Shown: piece after piece, positions 49,982 through 60,505 of the stretch
Layout of the letters: each line of letters opens with the position of its first letter
Position numbering within the stretch: the first letter of the stretch is position 1
Assembly (NCBI GenBank): GCA_964634005.1
Contig: CAZWKQ010000004.1
Span: 42,105 to 106,104 of the forward strand
Length of the DNA stretch: 64,000 nt
Direction: 5' to 3'
From: an uncultured Bacteroides sp.
Lineage (GTDB): Bacteria > Bacteroidota > Bacteroidia > Bacteroidales > JACABE01
Notes under the pieces: generated by a model
Database searches by the model: none
The model's input: the letters and a program-made list of their open reading frames with translations, nothing else
What the model was told of the DNA's origin: nothing
Program-made: the position numbers and the translations under genes

Positions 49982-52396
49982 TTAGAAGTTACTTCTGAGA
50001 GTAATAAATAAATTTCTACCCGGAGCACTTATTCCTGAAGCAAAATAGCGATAGTGTTTGTCTAAGATATTTTCCAGTCCTACTTGAACATTCAAAAACT
50101 TATGTAATTGATAAGCAGTTCTGAAATTGAGTGTGTACCACGAAGGAGTACCGTCGGCTGTGGCTTGTTGTAGATTATCTTCTCCGCTTGTACTATAATC
50201 GCTAAGATGTTTCCACCCGTTATATCTACTATAAACTTCAGCCTTGATTTTTTTAGTTTCTAACTTTATTCCGGTAAATCCGTAAATTGGAGGAATATGA
50301 TCAAGAGGAGTATCTGTATCCTTAACTCTTCCGTAAGTATAAGTCAAATTAGAACTTACCGATAAAAATTCAGTCAATTGCCATACTAAACCACCCTGAA
50401 TACCGTAAACATAAGCTTCACCTTCATTTTTAGCGCTTTGAACAGCAGTTTTCTTTCCTCCGTAAATGATTGAATCCATTCCGTTTAAAGTCGAAGCTTT
50501 TACAACTATGGCATCTTTCAATAAAGTGTAAAATCCTGTAACTTCAAACTGAAGTTTTTTGAAGAAAACCTTACCTATTGTAACTTCAGCATTATAAGCA
50601 TACTCGGGTTTTAAATCAGGATTCGGGATTACAATAGCATTACCCGGTTTTGAATCATTTACTTTTCCTACATCGTCAACATTAGGTGCTCTGAAGCCCG
50701 AAGAACCGGAAACAGCAAATCGCCAATCATATCCCGGCATATATACCAATCCTATATTGCCATTTAAAGCTGTATTGTTCTGTTCAATTGTTTTATCGAA
50801 CGGGAATTTAGTTATTTTCATCATAGTATCGGAATATTCCGATTTGAGATGAATAGAACTCAATCGCAATCCTTGTGAAAAAATTAACTTTTCGCTCAAT
50901 TTCCAATTATGAGTAGCAAAAGCAGCCAATGTTATATATTTACTTCCATTATCGGGATAACGACTTGCAATATTATAACTCTTAACATTAGTATTGACAT
51001 TAATTGCATAAGCCTCAGAACCGACATTATTGTAACAAACTTCAATACCGTATCTTAGCTCGTTCTTTTGAGTTAATGACTTCATTAAATCGGCATTGAA
51101 AGATAAAACATCAACTGTTTCTTCCTGATGACTTTCGTTTGCGTTATTAAACTTCCTATTTACTCTTATTTCACTGATATTTTGATACGCTGCCGTTAAA
51201 TATGCTTTATCGTACAATGCACTATTATTGTTATACTCTGCTCTTAAAGAAGAGAATAAACGACGTTGAGGACCATAATACCAATCAGCATATTTTAGTT
51301 TACTTCCATCCATTTCAGCCAAACGGTCATATCGTGGAACATTACTTGAATTAGAAAACTGGAAATTAAATATGTATCTCGAATTCATATTGGGCTGGAA
51401 TAGAACCTTTTGTAAAATATCATATTGAGAATATCCGGAACGCTTTTGAATATTGGGATCATTATTAACCATCATCGAATCTTTTCCGTTAATTCTTTCA
51501 GCATAGTAAAGACATTTTCCCCAATCGCCGTATTTACTGTCTCTTTCATTTCCGGCTCTTAAATCATCCAAATTTTTATAGCTAAAACTTGTTAAAAATC
51601 CCCATTTTTTAAAACCGAAATTTATATTAACATTACCTGCAATCTCATTATTTGCAGAAGAATAACGCGTAAAAGCTCCCCCTTTTATTAATGTATTTTC
51701 GTTTGAGGATAATTCGGGATTTTTTGAATAAAATGCCATAACTCCGCCAATTGCATCACTACCATAAACTACAGAACCCGGACCATACAAAATTTCGGTA
51801 GTGTTAAGCATATTGGGATCAATAGTTATAACATTCTGCAAATGTCCTGAACGATATATTGCATTATTCATTCTAACACCGTCAACTACCAACAAAACTT
51901 TACTTGCTTCAAAACCTCTGATAACAGGACTGCTCCCCCCGAGCTGACTTTGTTGTACAAATACTTTTCCGGTTTGTGCAAGCAAATCGCCACTTGTCTG
52001 AGGATTAATAAAACTAATTTGTTTATCGGTGATAACTTCGATTTTTTGAGGTAACCCGGCTTTATCTTCAGAGAATCTGTTTGCCGTTAAGACTACTTCG
52101 TTTAGTTTTATTACATTATCAGTAAGCAAAACTGTATATTTAGCATCAATAATTGATCTTTTGGTCAAACTTACTGTTTGATATGACAAGTGACTGAATG
52201 TTATAATGTCGTTATCACCAACAACAGAAATATCAACTTCGCCTTTTTTATTGGTAATTGTTTTTAAATTATTACTCGTAACAGCCACATTTTCTATAGG
52301 TTGTAAATCTGATTTATCAACAACCTTGATTGTTTGTGCTTTTATTGTCAGAGAAAATATGCTGAACAATAATATTGAAAAAATAAACTTCTTCAT
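49982..52396 (-). CDS. TonB-dependent outer-membrane receptor with N-terminal carboxypeptidase-regulatory-like domain
   Basis: 804 aa with a signal peptide, an Ig-like N-domain (IKVVDKSDLQPIENVAVT) and a plug (VIRGFEASKVLLVVDGVRMNN). A long beta-barrel ends in the terminal motif FITLRSNF. Confidence 0.88.
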   Translation of the reverse strand: MKKFIFSILLFSIFSLTIKAQTIKVVDKSDLQPIENVAVTSNNLKTITNKKGEVDISVVGDNDIITFSHLSYQTVSLTKRSIIDAKYTVLLTDNVIKLNEVVLTANRFSEDKAGLPQKIEVITDKQISFINPQTSGDLLAQTGKVFVQQSQLGGSSPVIRGFEASKVLLVVDGVRMNNAIYRSGHLQNVITIDPNMLNTTEILYGPGSVVYGSDAIGGVMAFYSKNPELSSNENTLIKGGAFTRYSSANNEIAGNVNINFGFKKWGFLTSFSYKNLDDLRAGNERDSKYGDWGKCLYYAERINGKDSMMVNNDPNIQKRSGYSQYDILQKVLFQPNMNSRYIFNFQFSNSSNVPRYDRLAEMDGSKLKYADWYYGPQRRLFSSLRAEYNNNSALYDKAYLTAAYQNISEIRVNRKFNNANESHQEETVDVLSFNADLMKSLTQKNELRYGIEVCYNNVGSEAYAINVNTNVKSYNIASRYPDNGSKYITLAAFATHNWKLSEKLIFSQGLRLSSIHLKSEYSDTMMKITKFPFDKTIEQNNTALNGNIGLVYMPGYDWRFAVSGSSGFRAPNVDDVGKVNDSKPGNAIVIPNPDLKPEYAYNAEVTIGKVFFKKLQFEVTGFYTLLKDAIVVKASTLNGMDSIIYGGKKTAVQSAKNEGEAYVYGIQGGLVWQLTEFLSVSSNLTYTYGRVKDTDTPLDHIPPIYGFTGIKLETKKIKAEVYSRYNGWKHLSDYSTSGEDNLQQATADGTPSWYTLNFRTAYQLHKFLNVQVGLENILDKHYRYFASGISAPGRNLFITLRSNF

Positions 52397-52408
52397 TTCT
52401 AATTGATT

Positions 52409-54172
52409 TTATTTGTTTACAATAAATTTTTTACTCGAAATAACTCCGTTCTGTTTTAAAGTAAGAGTATATATGCCATTTTTTAAGCTTTCGATATTGA
52501 TATTGAATGAACTTAAATTAGCATCCAATTCTGAAGACATAACCAATTGACCAATAACATTATATATACTATAATTCGTTTTACTGCGAGTTAATTCGGG
52601 TAATGTAATTTGTAAATAGTTATTTGCAGGATTTGGGAATAAACTAAAGTTATCAGAAGCACTTCTCTCTTCTATCGAAGTGTACAAAGTGGAGTATTGT
52701 ACTTTCCATCCTAAATCGGTAACACTTGAATTTGTAGTAAATACCAATAACATAGCTCCGGAAGTAGAGTATAGGGTTGGCGGTTTACTTTGACCCGAAA
52801 AACTTCCCAATAAAGGAGCAGAAGTGGTTTCGCCGTCATATACAGAAAGAATATCGGCACCTTGTTCGGTATTAAAATTCAAGAAATCAAGTTTAATGTA
52901 GCTTCCGCTATCGGGCTTAATAAGCCATTGGCAGTTAGTATTGTTTTGATAATTATCGCCAAAACTTCCGTCATTAAAAGTATATGATTGAGCTCTGTAA
53001 ACTTTATTAGGAATACACAAAGGATACACCGAGCTATCGGGTACAATATTGTAAACTGCATTTTGTCCCGAAGTAAAATTTCCATTACCTGAGTTTAAGT
53101 TATTTAAATAGAAGAACCCGTTACCGGCACCTCCCCATCCCCAATTGAAATGAAAATAATCATTAAACTGATAACCGTCGCAAACCCATGCATGCCCGCC
53201 GTATTGCGGGTCTTGCCCTCCATATAATATTGGATATTTCATATCAAGATTATCCATCAACATGGTTCTCCATTCTTCATCGGTAAAAGAAGAGCGATAG
53301 TCGAAACTGATATACCTTTTGTATTTAAAAAAATTGTACAAAGCCTCCTGCGAACGATATAAAAAAGAGGAAGATCCTGATGGAGTGTAATACATATTAA
53401 CAGATACACCGGCATGATAAATAAGTTTTGCAATTGCGTTTCTGCTTATAGTATCAAGTATTGTTAAAGTCATATTAGAATAATCATAGGTTTCATTCGA
53501 AAAGTTTACGCTGATATCTCCGAATGCCTGATGATGATAGGAATTAGAGCCTTGTCCTCGCTTAGGGAATTCGTAAAATTTCATAACCTGTGCCATAGCT
53601 GTTGCAACACAACCGGCATAACATTTACCGTCAGGACCCATTATATGAGCAGGACAATAATAATTGTATCCGGCATCTTGATTCCAATATGTTTTTAACA
53701 AAGGTAAAACCTGTTGTGTGTTTTTGAAAAATGAACCCGACTTGTAAGGTTTTTTATAAAACTCCCATGCCTCTTTGACCTTTTTGTCGGCAATTTGCCT
53801 GCTATTTATCGCCTTTGAAATTGAAGCAGATATATTATCAATCCACCAGTCGAAGCTCAAAACCTGATTTTTTTGAGGGTATGAGCTTTCTGTCGAATAT
53901 CCTAAAATCGGGAAAATAGCATCATCGCCCGATACAATTATAAAACTGTTTGATGTTTTAAAAATATGCAACAACACTTGCGATGATTTGTGTTTATCAT
54001 ATACAGCCTCGTAGTCGAAACTGTATTTTCCACTCTGCATTTTCAACTCTGTTTGCCAAAATGATACAGCTACACTTTGTGCCGTCTTTTTATCAACTTC
54101 TACTGCCGACAAAATATATGGTAACATCATTGAAAATATTGTAATTAAAATCTTTATCCGTATATTTTTCAT
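52409..54172 (-). CDS. Secreted C10-family (streptopain-like) cysteine peptidase with CUB-like domain and T9SS C-terminal sorting domain
   Basis: 587 aa with a signal peptide and an N-terminal Spi-like propeptide. The catalytic Cys region is YAGCVATAMAQVM and the His region is GGHAWVCDGY. A CUB-like module follows (CQWLIKPDSGSYIKLDFLNFNTEQGADILSVYDG...GWKVQYS). The C-terminus is a Por secretion tail (FSLFPNPANNYLQI...KFIVNK). Confidence 0.85.
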   Translation of the reverse strand: MKNIRIKILITIFSMMLPYILSAVEVDKKTAQSVAVSFWQTELKMQSGKYSFDYEAVYDKHKSSQVLLHIFKTSNSFIIVSGDDAIFPILGYSTESSYPQKNQVLSFDWWIDNISASISKAINSRQIADKKVKEAWEFYKKPYKSGSFFKNTQQVLPLLKTYWNQDAGYNYYCPAHIMGPDGKCYAGCVATAMAQVMKFYEFPKRGQGSNSYHHQAFGDISVNFSNETYDYSNMTLTILDTISRNAIAKLIYHAGVSVNMYYTPSGSSSFLYRSQEALYNFFKYKRYISFDYRSSFTDEEWRTMLMDNLDMKYPILYGGQDPQYGGHAWVCDGYQFNDYFHFNWGWGGAGNGFFYLNNLNSGNGNFTSGQNAVYNIVPDSSVYPLCIPNKVYRAQSYTFNDGSFGDNYQNNTNCQWLIKPDSGSYIKLDFLNFNTEQGADILSVYDGETTSAPLLGSFSGQSKPPTLYSTSGAMLLVFTTNSSVTDLGWKVQYSTLYTSIEERSASDNFSLFPNPANNYLQITLPELTRSKTNYSIYNVIGQLVMSSELDANLSSFNINIESLKNGIYTLTLKQNGVISSKKFIVNK

Positions 54173-54369
54173 TTTAATTTTTATATTAATAAATAAATCG
54201 AATTTGACTCAATTTTTAGCTGATAATAATTAACATTTCAGAATTTTCAAATCTTAAATTACAATACAAGTCTGTATTACAATAAGTTAATATTTGAAAT
54301 AATTGAAATGCTATTGATATTTCAAAAAAATTGAATAAACTTAGCCTTAAAAAAAGAGATTTATAAAGA

Positions 54370-54933
54370 CTAAATAATTGAAATAAAATTATTTGATAAA
54401 AATGATTGAGGAGGTGGAGTAATGACTTCTTTAAATACTTTTTTATAATTTACTTCAAAATAAATATACGATGTTAACTGTGAATAATAGTCTGATATAT
54501 TTACTTTAAAGGAGTTATAAACATATTGAAAGTTTATTTTTTTTAGCAATTGGAGAGTCTTAGCTTTTGAATTGTTTGCCGACAACTCCTTGTTTATCTG
54601 ACTATTAAGGTTAGCAAATAAAACTTCTTCTTTATGGTCATTAATGCAATAAAAAATAATATTTTCACCTTCAATTTTTGATCTTACGATATCATACATA
54701 TTACCTTTGTATCTAAACTCGTGTTTTTCAATCCATTTAACGCCCATACTTTTTTGAATTTTTCTGTCATTAGGAAATTTTAAAACAACGAGTTCACATT
54801 CGGGTAATCCTTGCTTTATTGCCTTTTTAATTTGCTTTTTGACATCCCATTGCATAATTTTAAAAACAACAAAGAAGCCCGAAAATTGGAAAAACATTAA
54901 GGTTAAAAGTAATATGGATATTGTTCTTTTCAA
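54370..54933 (-). CDS. Hypothetical membrane-anchored protein
   Basis: 187 aa with an N-terminal TM helix (ISILLLTLMFFQFSGFFVVFKI) and a soluble domain (HEFRYKGNMYDIV). No family recognised. It lies downstream of the topoisomerase gene on the same strand. Confidence 0.45.
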   Translation of the reverse strand: MKRTISILLLTLMFFQFSGFFVVFKIMQWDVKKQIKKAIKQGLPECELVVLKFPNDRKIQKSMGVKWIEKHEFRYKGNMYDIVRSKIEGENIIFYCINDHKEEVLFANLNSQINKELSANNSKAKTLQLLKKINFQYVYNSFKVNISDYYSQLTSYIYFEVNYKKVFKEVITPPPQSFLSNNFISII

Positions 54934-54981
54934 TTTTAAATTAAAAATATTGCAAATATAACATTTTTATATTTAAACAGG

Positions 54982-56862
54982 TTAAGCAACAGTTTTACTT
55001 AAAATCTCAAAATTGTCGATTTCAATTCTTAAATTATCAATAATAAAATTTTGCCTTTCGGGAGTATTCTTTCCCATATAAAATGACAGAATTTCTTTGA
55101 TTGATGAATCCTTTTTAAGAATAACCGGTTCAAGTCGGATATTAGGGCCAATAAAATGTTTAAATTCCTCGGGAGAAATTTCACCTAACCCTTTAAATCG
55201 TGTTATTTCGGGATTAGAACCTAATTGTGAAATTGCATTTACTCTTTCTTCTTCGGAATAACAATAAATGGTTTTTTGTTTATTTCTAACTCTGAAAAGC
55301 GGAGTTTGCAGTATATACAAATGCCCTGATTTTACGAGGTCGGGGAAAAACTGCAGAAAGAAAGTAAGCAAAAGCAAGCGTATGTGCATTCCATCAACAT
55401 CGGCATCAGTGGCAATAACAACATTATTGTACCTGAGATTATCAAGGTCTTCATCGATGTTAAGTGCGGCTTGCAACAGGTTAAACTCTTCATTTTCATA
55501 AACAACCCTTTTTGTGAGTCCGTAACAATTAAGAGGTTTACCTTTAAGACTAAAAACGGCCTGAGTATTCACATCTCTCGATTTAGTGATTGAGCCGCTT
55601 GCCGAGTCCCCCTCTGTAATGAAAAGTGTAGTCTCTAACCTTCTCTCATCATTGCTGTTGTAGTGGATACGACAATCACGAAGTTTTTTATTGTGTAAAC
55701 TAACTTTTTTGACACTTTCGCGTGCCGATTTTTTAATATTTGCAAGCTCTTTGCGTTCTTTCTCCGATTGTAATATTTTTCGGAGAAGCAATTCGGCAGT
55801 TTCGGTATTTATATGTAAATAATTATCGAGATTTCGCTTTACTATGTCAATTATATAATTTCTAACGGTTGTCGTGCTTTCGGGAGCAAGATAAACAGAC
55901 CCTAATTTTGTTTTGGTTTGCGATTCGAAAACAGGTTCCTGAATTTTTATACTTAAAGCAGCTACTATTGAACTTCTTATATCACTTGGTTCAAAATCCT
56001 TTTTATAGAACTCACGAATTGTTTTAACTATCGCTTCTCTGAAAGCAGCCTGATGAGTTCCCCCTTGGGTAGTATGCTGGCCGTTTACAAATGAAAAATA
56101 CTCTTCAATATATTGATTTGAACTGTGTGAGAATGCAAACTCAAAGTCGTCTTCCTTAATATGAATTATAGGATATAAAGTAGAGCCATTAATATTACTT
56201 TCGAGCAAATCGAGCAATCCGTTCTTTGCAATCATCTTATTGCCGTTGAAAATTAAGCTTAAACCGTTGTTCAGATAAGCGTAATTCCAGAACATTTTTT
56301 CCAAATATTCGTCAATAAAATGATAATTGCCGAATATTTCCGCATCGGGGATGAAACTTACAATAGTGCCGTTTCTTAAATCACACGGAACTGTTTCATA
56401 ATCATTAACTAATTTTCCTTTACTAAATTCTACAACTTTAGTTTTCCCCTCACGAATTGACTGAACACGAAAATAAGATGACAAAGCATTAACTGCTTTT
56501 GTTCCTATTCCGTTCAATCCTACCGATTTCTGAAAAACATTCGAATCGTATTTAGCTCCGGTATTTATTTTCGAAACACAATCAATAACCTTTCCCAATG
56601 GCATACCTCTGCCGTAGTCTCTTATAGTAACTTTTTTCTCTTGAATAGTAATTTCAATACTTCTTCCTGCCCCCATAACAAACTCATCAATGGCATTATC
56701 AACAATCTCCTTTACAAGCACATATATCCCGTCATCCTGTGATGCCCCATCTCCAAGTTTTCCGATATACATACCGGGTCGTAAACGAATATGTTCGTTC
56801 CAATCGAGCGATTTTATGCTTTCTTCGTTATAATCTACAGCCATTTCCGATTTTTTTGGCAA
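54982..56862 (-). CDS. parE: Type IIA topoisomerase subunit B, most likely topoisomerase IV ParE
   Basis: 626 aa with a GHKL domain ([19 protein letters not shown]) and a Toprim domain ([24 protein letters not shown]). The length fits the ParE-like paralogue rather than GyrB, but that distinction is an inference. Confidence 0.75.
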   Translation of the reverse strand: MPKKSEMAVDYNEESIKSLDWNEHIRLRPGMYIGKLGDGASQDDGIYVLVKEIVDNAIDEFVMGAGRSIEITIQEKKVTIRDYGRGMPLGKVIDCVSKINTGAKYDSNVFQKSVGLNGIGTKAVNALSSYFRVQSIREGKTKVVEFSKGKLVNDYETVPCDLRNGTIVSFIPDAEIFGNYHFIDEYLEKMFWNYAYLNNGLSLIFNGNKMIAKNGLLDLLESNINGSTLYPIIHIKEDDFEFAFSHSSNQYIEEYFSFVNGQHTTQGGTHQAAFREAIVKTIREFYKKDFEPSDIRSSIVAALSIKIQEPVFESQTKTKLGSVYLAPESTTTVRNYIIDIVKRNLDNYLHINTETAELLLRKILQSEKERKELANIKKSARESVKKVSLHNKKLRDCRIHYNSNDERRLETTLFITEGDSASGSITKSRDVNTQAVFSLKGKPLNCYGLTKRVVYENEEFNLLQAALNIDEDLDNLRYNNVVIATDADVDGMHIRLLLLTFFLQFFPDLVKSGHLYILQTPLFRVRNKQKTIYCYSEEERVNAISQLGSNPEITRFKGLGEISPEEFKHFIGPNIRLEPVILKKDSSIKEILSFYMGKNTPERQNFIIDNLRIEIDNFEILSKTVA

Positions 56863-57013
56863 AATTAATAAAAGCTAATAATAAAAGGGTTAATTATGTT
56901 GAAATTTTATCAACTTAACATTGTTAAACCAATAAGTTAAATCAAATTATCGAATAACAAATAATTATTAAAATTAAATTTACATCAATAGCTATCGGGA
57001 TATTAATATTGCG

Positions 57014-57021
57014 TACCTTTG
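57014..57021 (+). promoter_or_regulatory. -7 promoter box (TACCTTTG) for typA
   Basis: Exact TAnnTTTG match 35 nt upstream of the ATG at 57057. It lies inside the track's TTG-extended ORF, which supports the shorter start. Confidence 0.4.
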
Positions 57022-57056
57022 CAGACTTAAAAAAAACAGGGAAAACACAAAAAATT

Positions 57057-58865
57057 ATGCAGAATATCAGAAACATAGCTATAATTGCTCACGTTGATCA
57101 CGGCAAAACTACACTTGTCGACAGAATTTTACATCAGGTAAGATTATTCAGAGATAATCAGAATATGGGCGATTTAATATTAGACAGTAATGATTTGGAG
57201 AGAGAAAGAGGAATTACAATTTTATCGAAAAATGTTTCTGTTAGATACAAAGGAGTAAAAATAAATATAATAGACACCCCGGGACACAGCGATTTTGGCG
57301 GAGAAGTTGAAAGAGTTTTAAATATGGCAGACGGTGTACTTTTGTTAGTAGATGCTTTTGAAGGTCCAATGCCGCAAACTCGTTTCGTATTACAAAAGGC
57401 TCTGGCTCTGAACCTAATGCCTATAGTAGTTATCAATAAAGTCGATAAACCAAATTGCGACCCTGTAGCAGCTCAGGAAGCTGTTTTTGAACTGATGTTT
57501 AACCTTAATGCTACCGAAGAACAACTAAATTTCCCTACGGTTTTCGGTTCTTCAAAAAATGGTTGGATGTCGAGCGATTGGAAAGTTCCTACTCAAGACA
57601 TAAGCTATCTTTTAGATACAATTATTGAACATATTCCTGCACCAAAATACAATGAAGGGAGTTTGCAGTTACAAATAACTTCGCTTGACTACTCTTCTTA
57701 TGTAGGAAGAATTGCCGTAGGACGCTTATCAAGAGGAATTTTGCGTTGGGGAATGAATGTTTCGCTTGTAAAACGCAATGGAGATATCATTAAATCAAAA
57801 GTTAAAGAATTATATGTTTTTGAAGGACTCGGAAAAGAAAAAATGAAATCGGATGTGTATCCGGGAGAAATATGTGCAGTTTTGGGAATTGATGACTTTG
57901 AAATTGGCGATACCATTGCTGATTACGAAGCACCTGAAGCAATGGCTCCAATAACAATCGACGAGCCTACAATGAGTATGCTTTTTACTATAAACAACTC
58001 ACCTTTTTACGGCAAAGAAGGCAAATTCGTTACTTCAAGACATTTAAGAGAAAGATTAAACAAAGAACTTGAAAAGAATTTAGCTCTAAGAATAGAAGAA
58101 ACAGATTCAACCGATTCGCTTATTGTTTACGGAAGAGGTATTCTTCATTTATCGATACTTATAGAAACAATGCGTAGAGAAGGTTACGAATTGCAGGTTG
58201 GTCAACCTCAGGTTATTATCAAAGAAATTGACGGTGTTAAATGTGAACCTGTTGAATATCTTACTGTTCATGCACCTGAAACATCTGCAGGTAAAGTAAT
58301 TGAATTGGTTACCCAACGAAAAGGAGAAATTGTAAAAATCGAAACCAAATCAGACAGGTTACACCTTGAGTTTTCAATACCTTCACGCGGAATTATCGGC
58401 CTACGCAGCTCAATACTTACATTAACCGAAGGCGAAGCAATAATGGCTCACCGTTTCAAGGCTTTTGAACCATGGAAAGGCGATATACTTTCGAAAAGAA
58501 ACGGTGCTTTAATAGCAATGGAAACAGGCACTGCCATACCTTATGCAATAGACAAACTTCAGGATAGAGGTAAGTTTTTTATAAACCCAAATGAACAAGT
58601 TTATGCCGGACAGGTAATTGGTGAGCATATCAGAAATGACGACCTTGTTATAAATGTTACTAAAACCAAGAAACTTACAAATATGAGAGCATCGGGGTCT
58701 GACGATAAGGTTATGATAATTCCTGCCATTAAGTTTTCTTTGGAAGAATACATGGAATACATCTCAGATGACGAATACTTGGAAATAACACCTTTATCGT
58801 TAAGACTAAGAAAAATTTTACTCGATGAAAATGAAAGAAAAAGAATGAGAAAAAATGCAGAATAA
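57057..58865 (+). CDS. typA: Translational GTPase TypA/BipA
   Basis: I trimmed the start to the ATG at 57057 (MQNIRNIAIIAHVDHGKTTLVD). It has G-domain motifs (DTPGH, NKVD) and a BipA-type C-terminal domain. Confidence 0.93.
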   Translation: MQNIRNIAIIAHVDHGKTTLVDRILHQVRLFRDNQNMGDLILDSNDLERERGITILSKNVSVRYKGVKINIIDTPGHSDFGGEVERVLNMADGVLLLVDAFEGPMPQTRFVLQKALALNLMPIVVINKVDKPNCDPVAAQEAVFELMFNLNATEEQLNFPTVFGSSKNGWMSSDWKVPTQDISYLLDTIIEHIPAPKYNEGSLQLQITSLDYSSYVGRIAVGRLSRGILRWGMNVSLVKRNGDIIKSKVKELYVFEGLGKEKMKSDVYPGEICAVLGIDDFEIGDTIADYEAPEAMAPITIDEPTMSMLFTINNSPFYGKEGKFVTSRHLRERLNKELEKNLALRIEETDSTDSLIVYGRGILHLSILIETMRREGYELQVGQPQVIIKEIDGVKCEPVEYLTVHAPETSAGKVIELVTQRKGEIVKIETKSDRLHLEFSIPSRGIIGLRSSILTLTEGEAIMAHRFKAFEPWKGDILSKRNGALIAMETGTAIPYAIDKLQDRGKFFINPNEQVYAGQVIGEHIRNDDLVINVTKTKKLTNMRASGSDDKVMIIPAIKFSLEEYMEYISDDEYLEITPLSLRLRKILLDENERKRMRKNAE

Positions 58866-58897
58866 AAAAAGGGGTGTGCGAATACACCCCTTTTTTT
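58864..58897. terminator. Bidirectional intrinsic terminator between convergent typA and rny
   Basis: The sequence reads A7 - GGGGTGT GCGAAT ACACCCC - T7. Confidence 0.85.
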
Positions 58898-58913
58898 ATT
58901 ATAATACTATCAA

Positions 58914-60455
58914 CTACTTAGCATAGCTTATAGCGCGCGTTTCTCTGATAACAGTAATTTTTATCTGTCCGGGATACGTCATTTCTTCCTGAATTTTGTG
59001 CGATAAATCAACAGAAAGCTGATTTGCTTCAGCATCGGTCATTTTATCGGCACCCACTATAACCCTAAGCTCTCTACCTGCTTGAATTGCATAAGTTTTA
59101 ACAACACCCGGGTACGATAATGCCAATTCTTCAAGATTATTCAGTCGGTTTATATAGGCGTCAACAACCTCTCTTCTTGCTCCGGGTCTTGCTCCTGAAA
59201 TAGCATCGCATACTTGAACAATAGGAGCAATAAGAGTTTCCATTTCAATTTCGTCGTGATGTGAACCTATAGCATTGCATACTTCGGGTTTTTCTTTGTA
59301 TTTCTCGGCAAGTTTCATACCTAAAATTGCATGTGGAAGATCAGGCTCATTATCAGGAACTTTGCCGATATCGTGCAACAAACCGGCTCTTTTTGCAAGT
59401 TTTGGATTCAGACCTAATTCGGCAGCCATTGTAGCACATAAATTTGCTACTTCCTTTGAATGTTGGAGTAAGTTTTGACCGTAAGAAGAACGATATTTCA
59501 TTTTACCAACCAATCGAATAAGTTCGTGGTGCATATTCAGTATTCCAAGATCAATAGTTGTACGTTTACCGATTTCTACTATTTCCTGTTCAATTTGTTT
59601 TTTAACTTTTGCAACAACCTCTTCTATTCTGGCAGGATGTATTCTGCCGTCGGTTACTAATTTGTGTAACGACAGTCTTGCAATTTCCCTTCTAACAGGG
59701 TCGAAACCAGAAATAATAATAGCATCGGGCGAATCATCAATAATTATTTCAACGCCGGTAAGCGATTCTAAAGTTCTGATATTTCTTCCTTCTCTTCCTA
59801 TTATCCTACCCTTTACTTCATCGCTTTCGAGATTGAAAACAGAAACAGAGTTCTCGATAGCATGCTCTACTGCAGTTCGTTGTATGGTTTCAATAACAAT
59901 TTTTTTCGCTTCGATATTTGCAGTAATTTTAGCTTCATCCATTACATCTTTTATAAGATTCATGGCATCGTTCTTAGCTTCTTCTTTTAGTGTATCAATA
60001 AGTTGTTCTTTAGCCTCTTTTGCAGTAAGTCCGGCTATAAGTTCGAGTTTTTCAACCTGACTTTTGTGAATTTTTTCGAGTTCAGCTTGTTTTTTGTTTA
60101 CAATTTCAAGTTGACTGTTTAAATTTTCTTTTAAAGCATTAAGTTCGTTCTGTTTACGTTGAACCTCTTCATACTTTTGCGATAAAGCGGTTTCTTTTTG
60201 TTTAATTCTGTTTTCGGCTTTTAAAATATTGTTATTCTTTTCTTGAATAACTTTTTCGTGTTCAGCCTTTAACTGTAAAAATTTTTCTTTAGCCTGTAAA
60301 ATTTTTTCTTTTTTGATAACTTCAGCCTTTTCTTCGGCTTCAATTAAAATTTTCTGGCTTTTTTTATCTACAATTTTTCTTAATACCGTGGTTGCTAAAA
60401 TAGCACCGAGCATTAAAGTAAATAAAGCAATAATAATTGTAACAATTACACTCAT
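58914..60455 (-). CDS. rny: Ribonuclease Y
   Basis: It has an N-terminal TM helix, a coiled coil, a KH domain ([12 protein letters not shown]) and an HD domain (LLHDIGK). I trimmed the start to the ATG at 60453-60455 ([12 protein letters not shown]...). The track's extension to 60521 reads through an A/T run and a predicted RNA helix. Confidence 0.92.
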   Translation of the reverse strand: MSVIVTIIIALFTLMLGAILATTVLRKIVDKKSQKILIEAEEKAEVIKKEKILQAKEKFLQLKAEHEKVIQEKNNNILKAENRIKQKETALSQKYEEVQRKQNELNALKENLNSQLEIVNKKQAELEKIHKSQVEKLELIAGLTAKEAKEQLIDTLKEEAKNDAMNLIKDVMDEAKITANIEAKKIVIETIQRTAVEHAIENSVSVFNLESDEVKGRIIGREGRNIRTLESLTGVEIIIDDSPDAIIISGFDPVRREIARLSLHKLVTDGRIHPARIEEVVAKVKKQIEQEIVEIGKRTTIDLGILNMHHELIRLVGKMKYRSSYGQNLLQHSKEVANLCATMAAELGLNPKLAKRAGLLHDIGKVPDNEPDLPHAILGMKLAEKYKEKPEVCNAIGSHHDEIEMETLIAPIVQVCDAISGARPGARREVVDAYINRLNNLEELALSYPGVVKTYAIQAGRELRVIVGADKMTDAEANQLSVDLSHKIQEEMTYPGQIKITVIRETRAISYAK

Positions 60456-60505
60456 TTTAGTACAAAAATTAGTTAGTAAATATATTGATTTGACAGTGTT
60501 GAAAT

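Noticed and set aside
57009-57056. A TTG-initiated 16-codon extension of typA.
   Set aside because: A consensus -7 promoter box lies inside it (57014-57021). The ATG at 57057 gives the canonical TypA N-terminus directly before the G1 motif.
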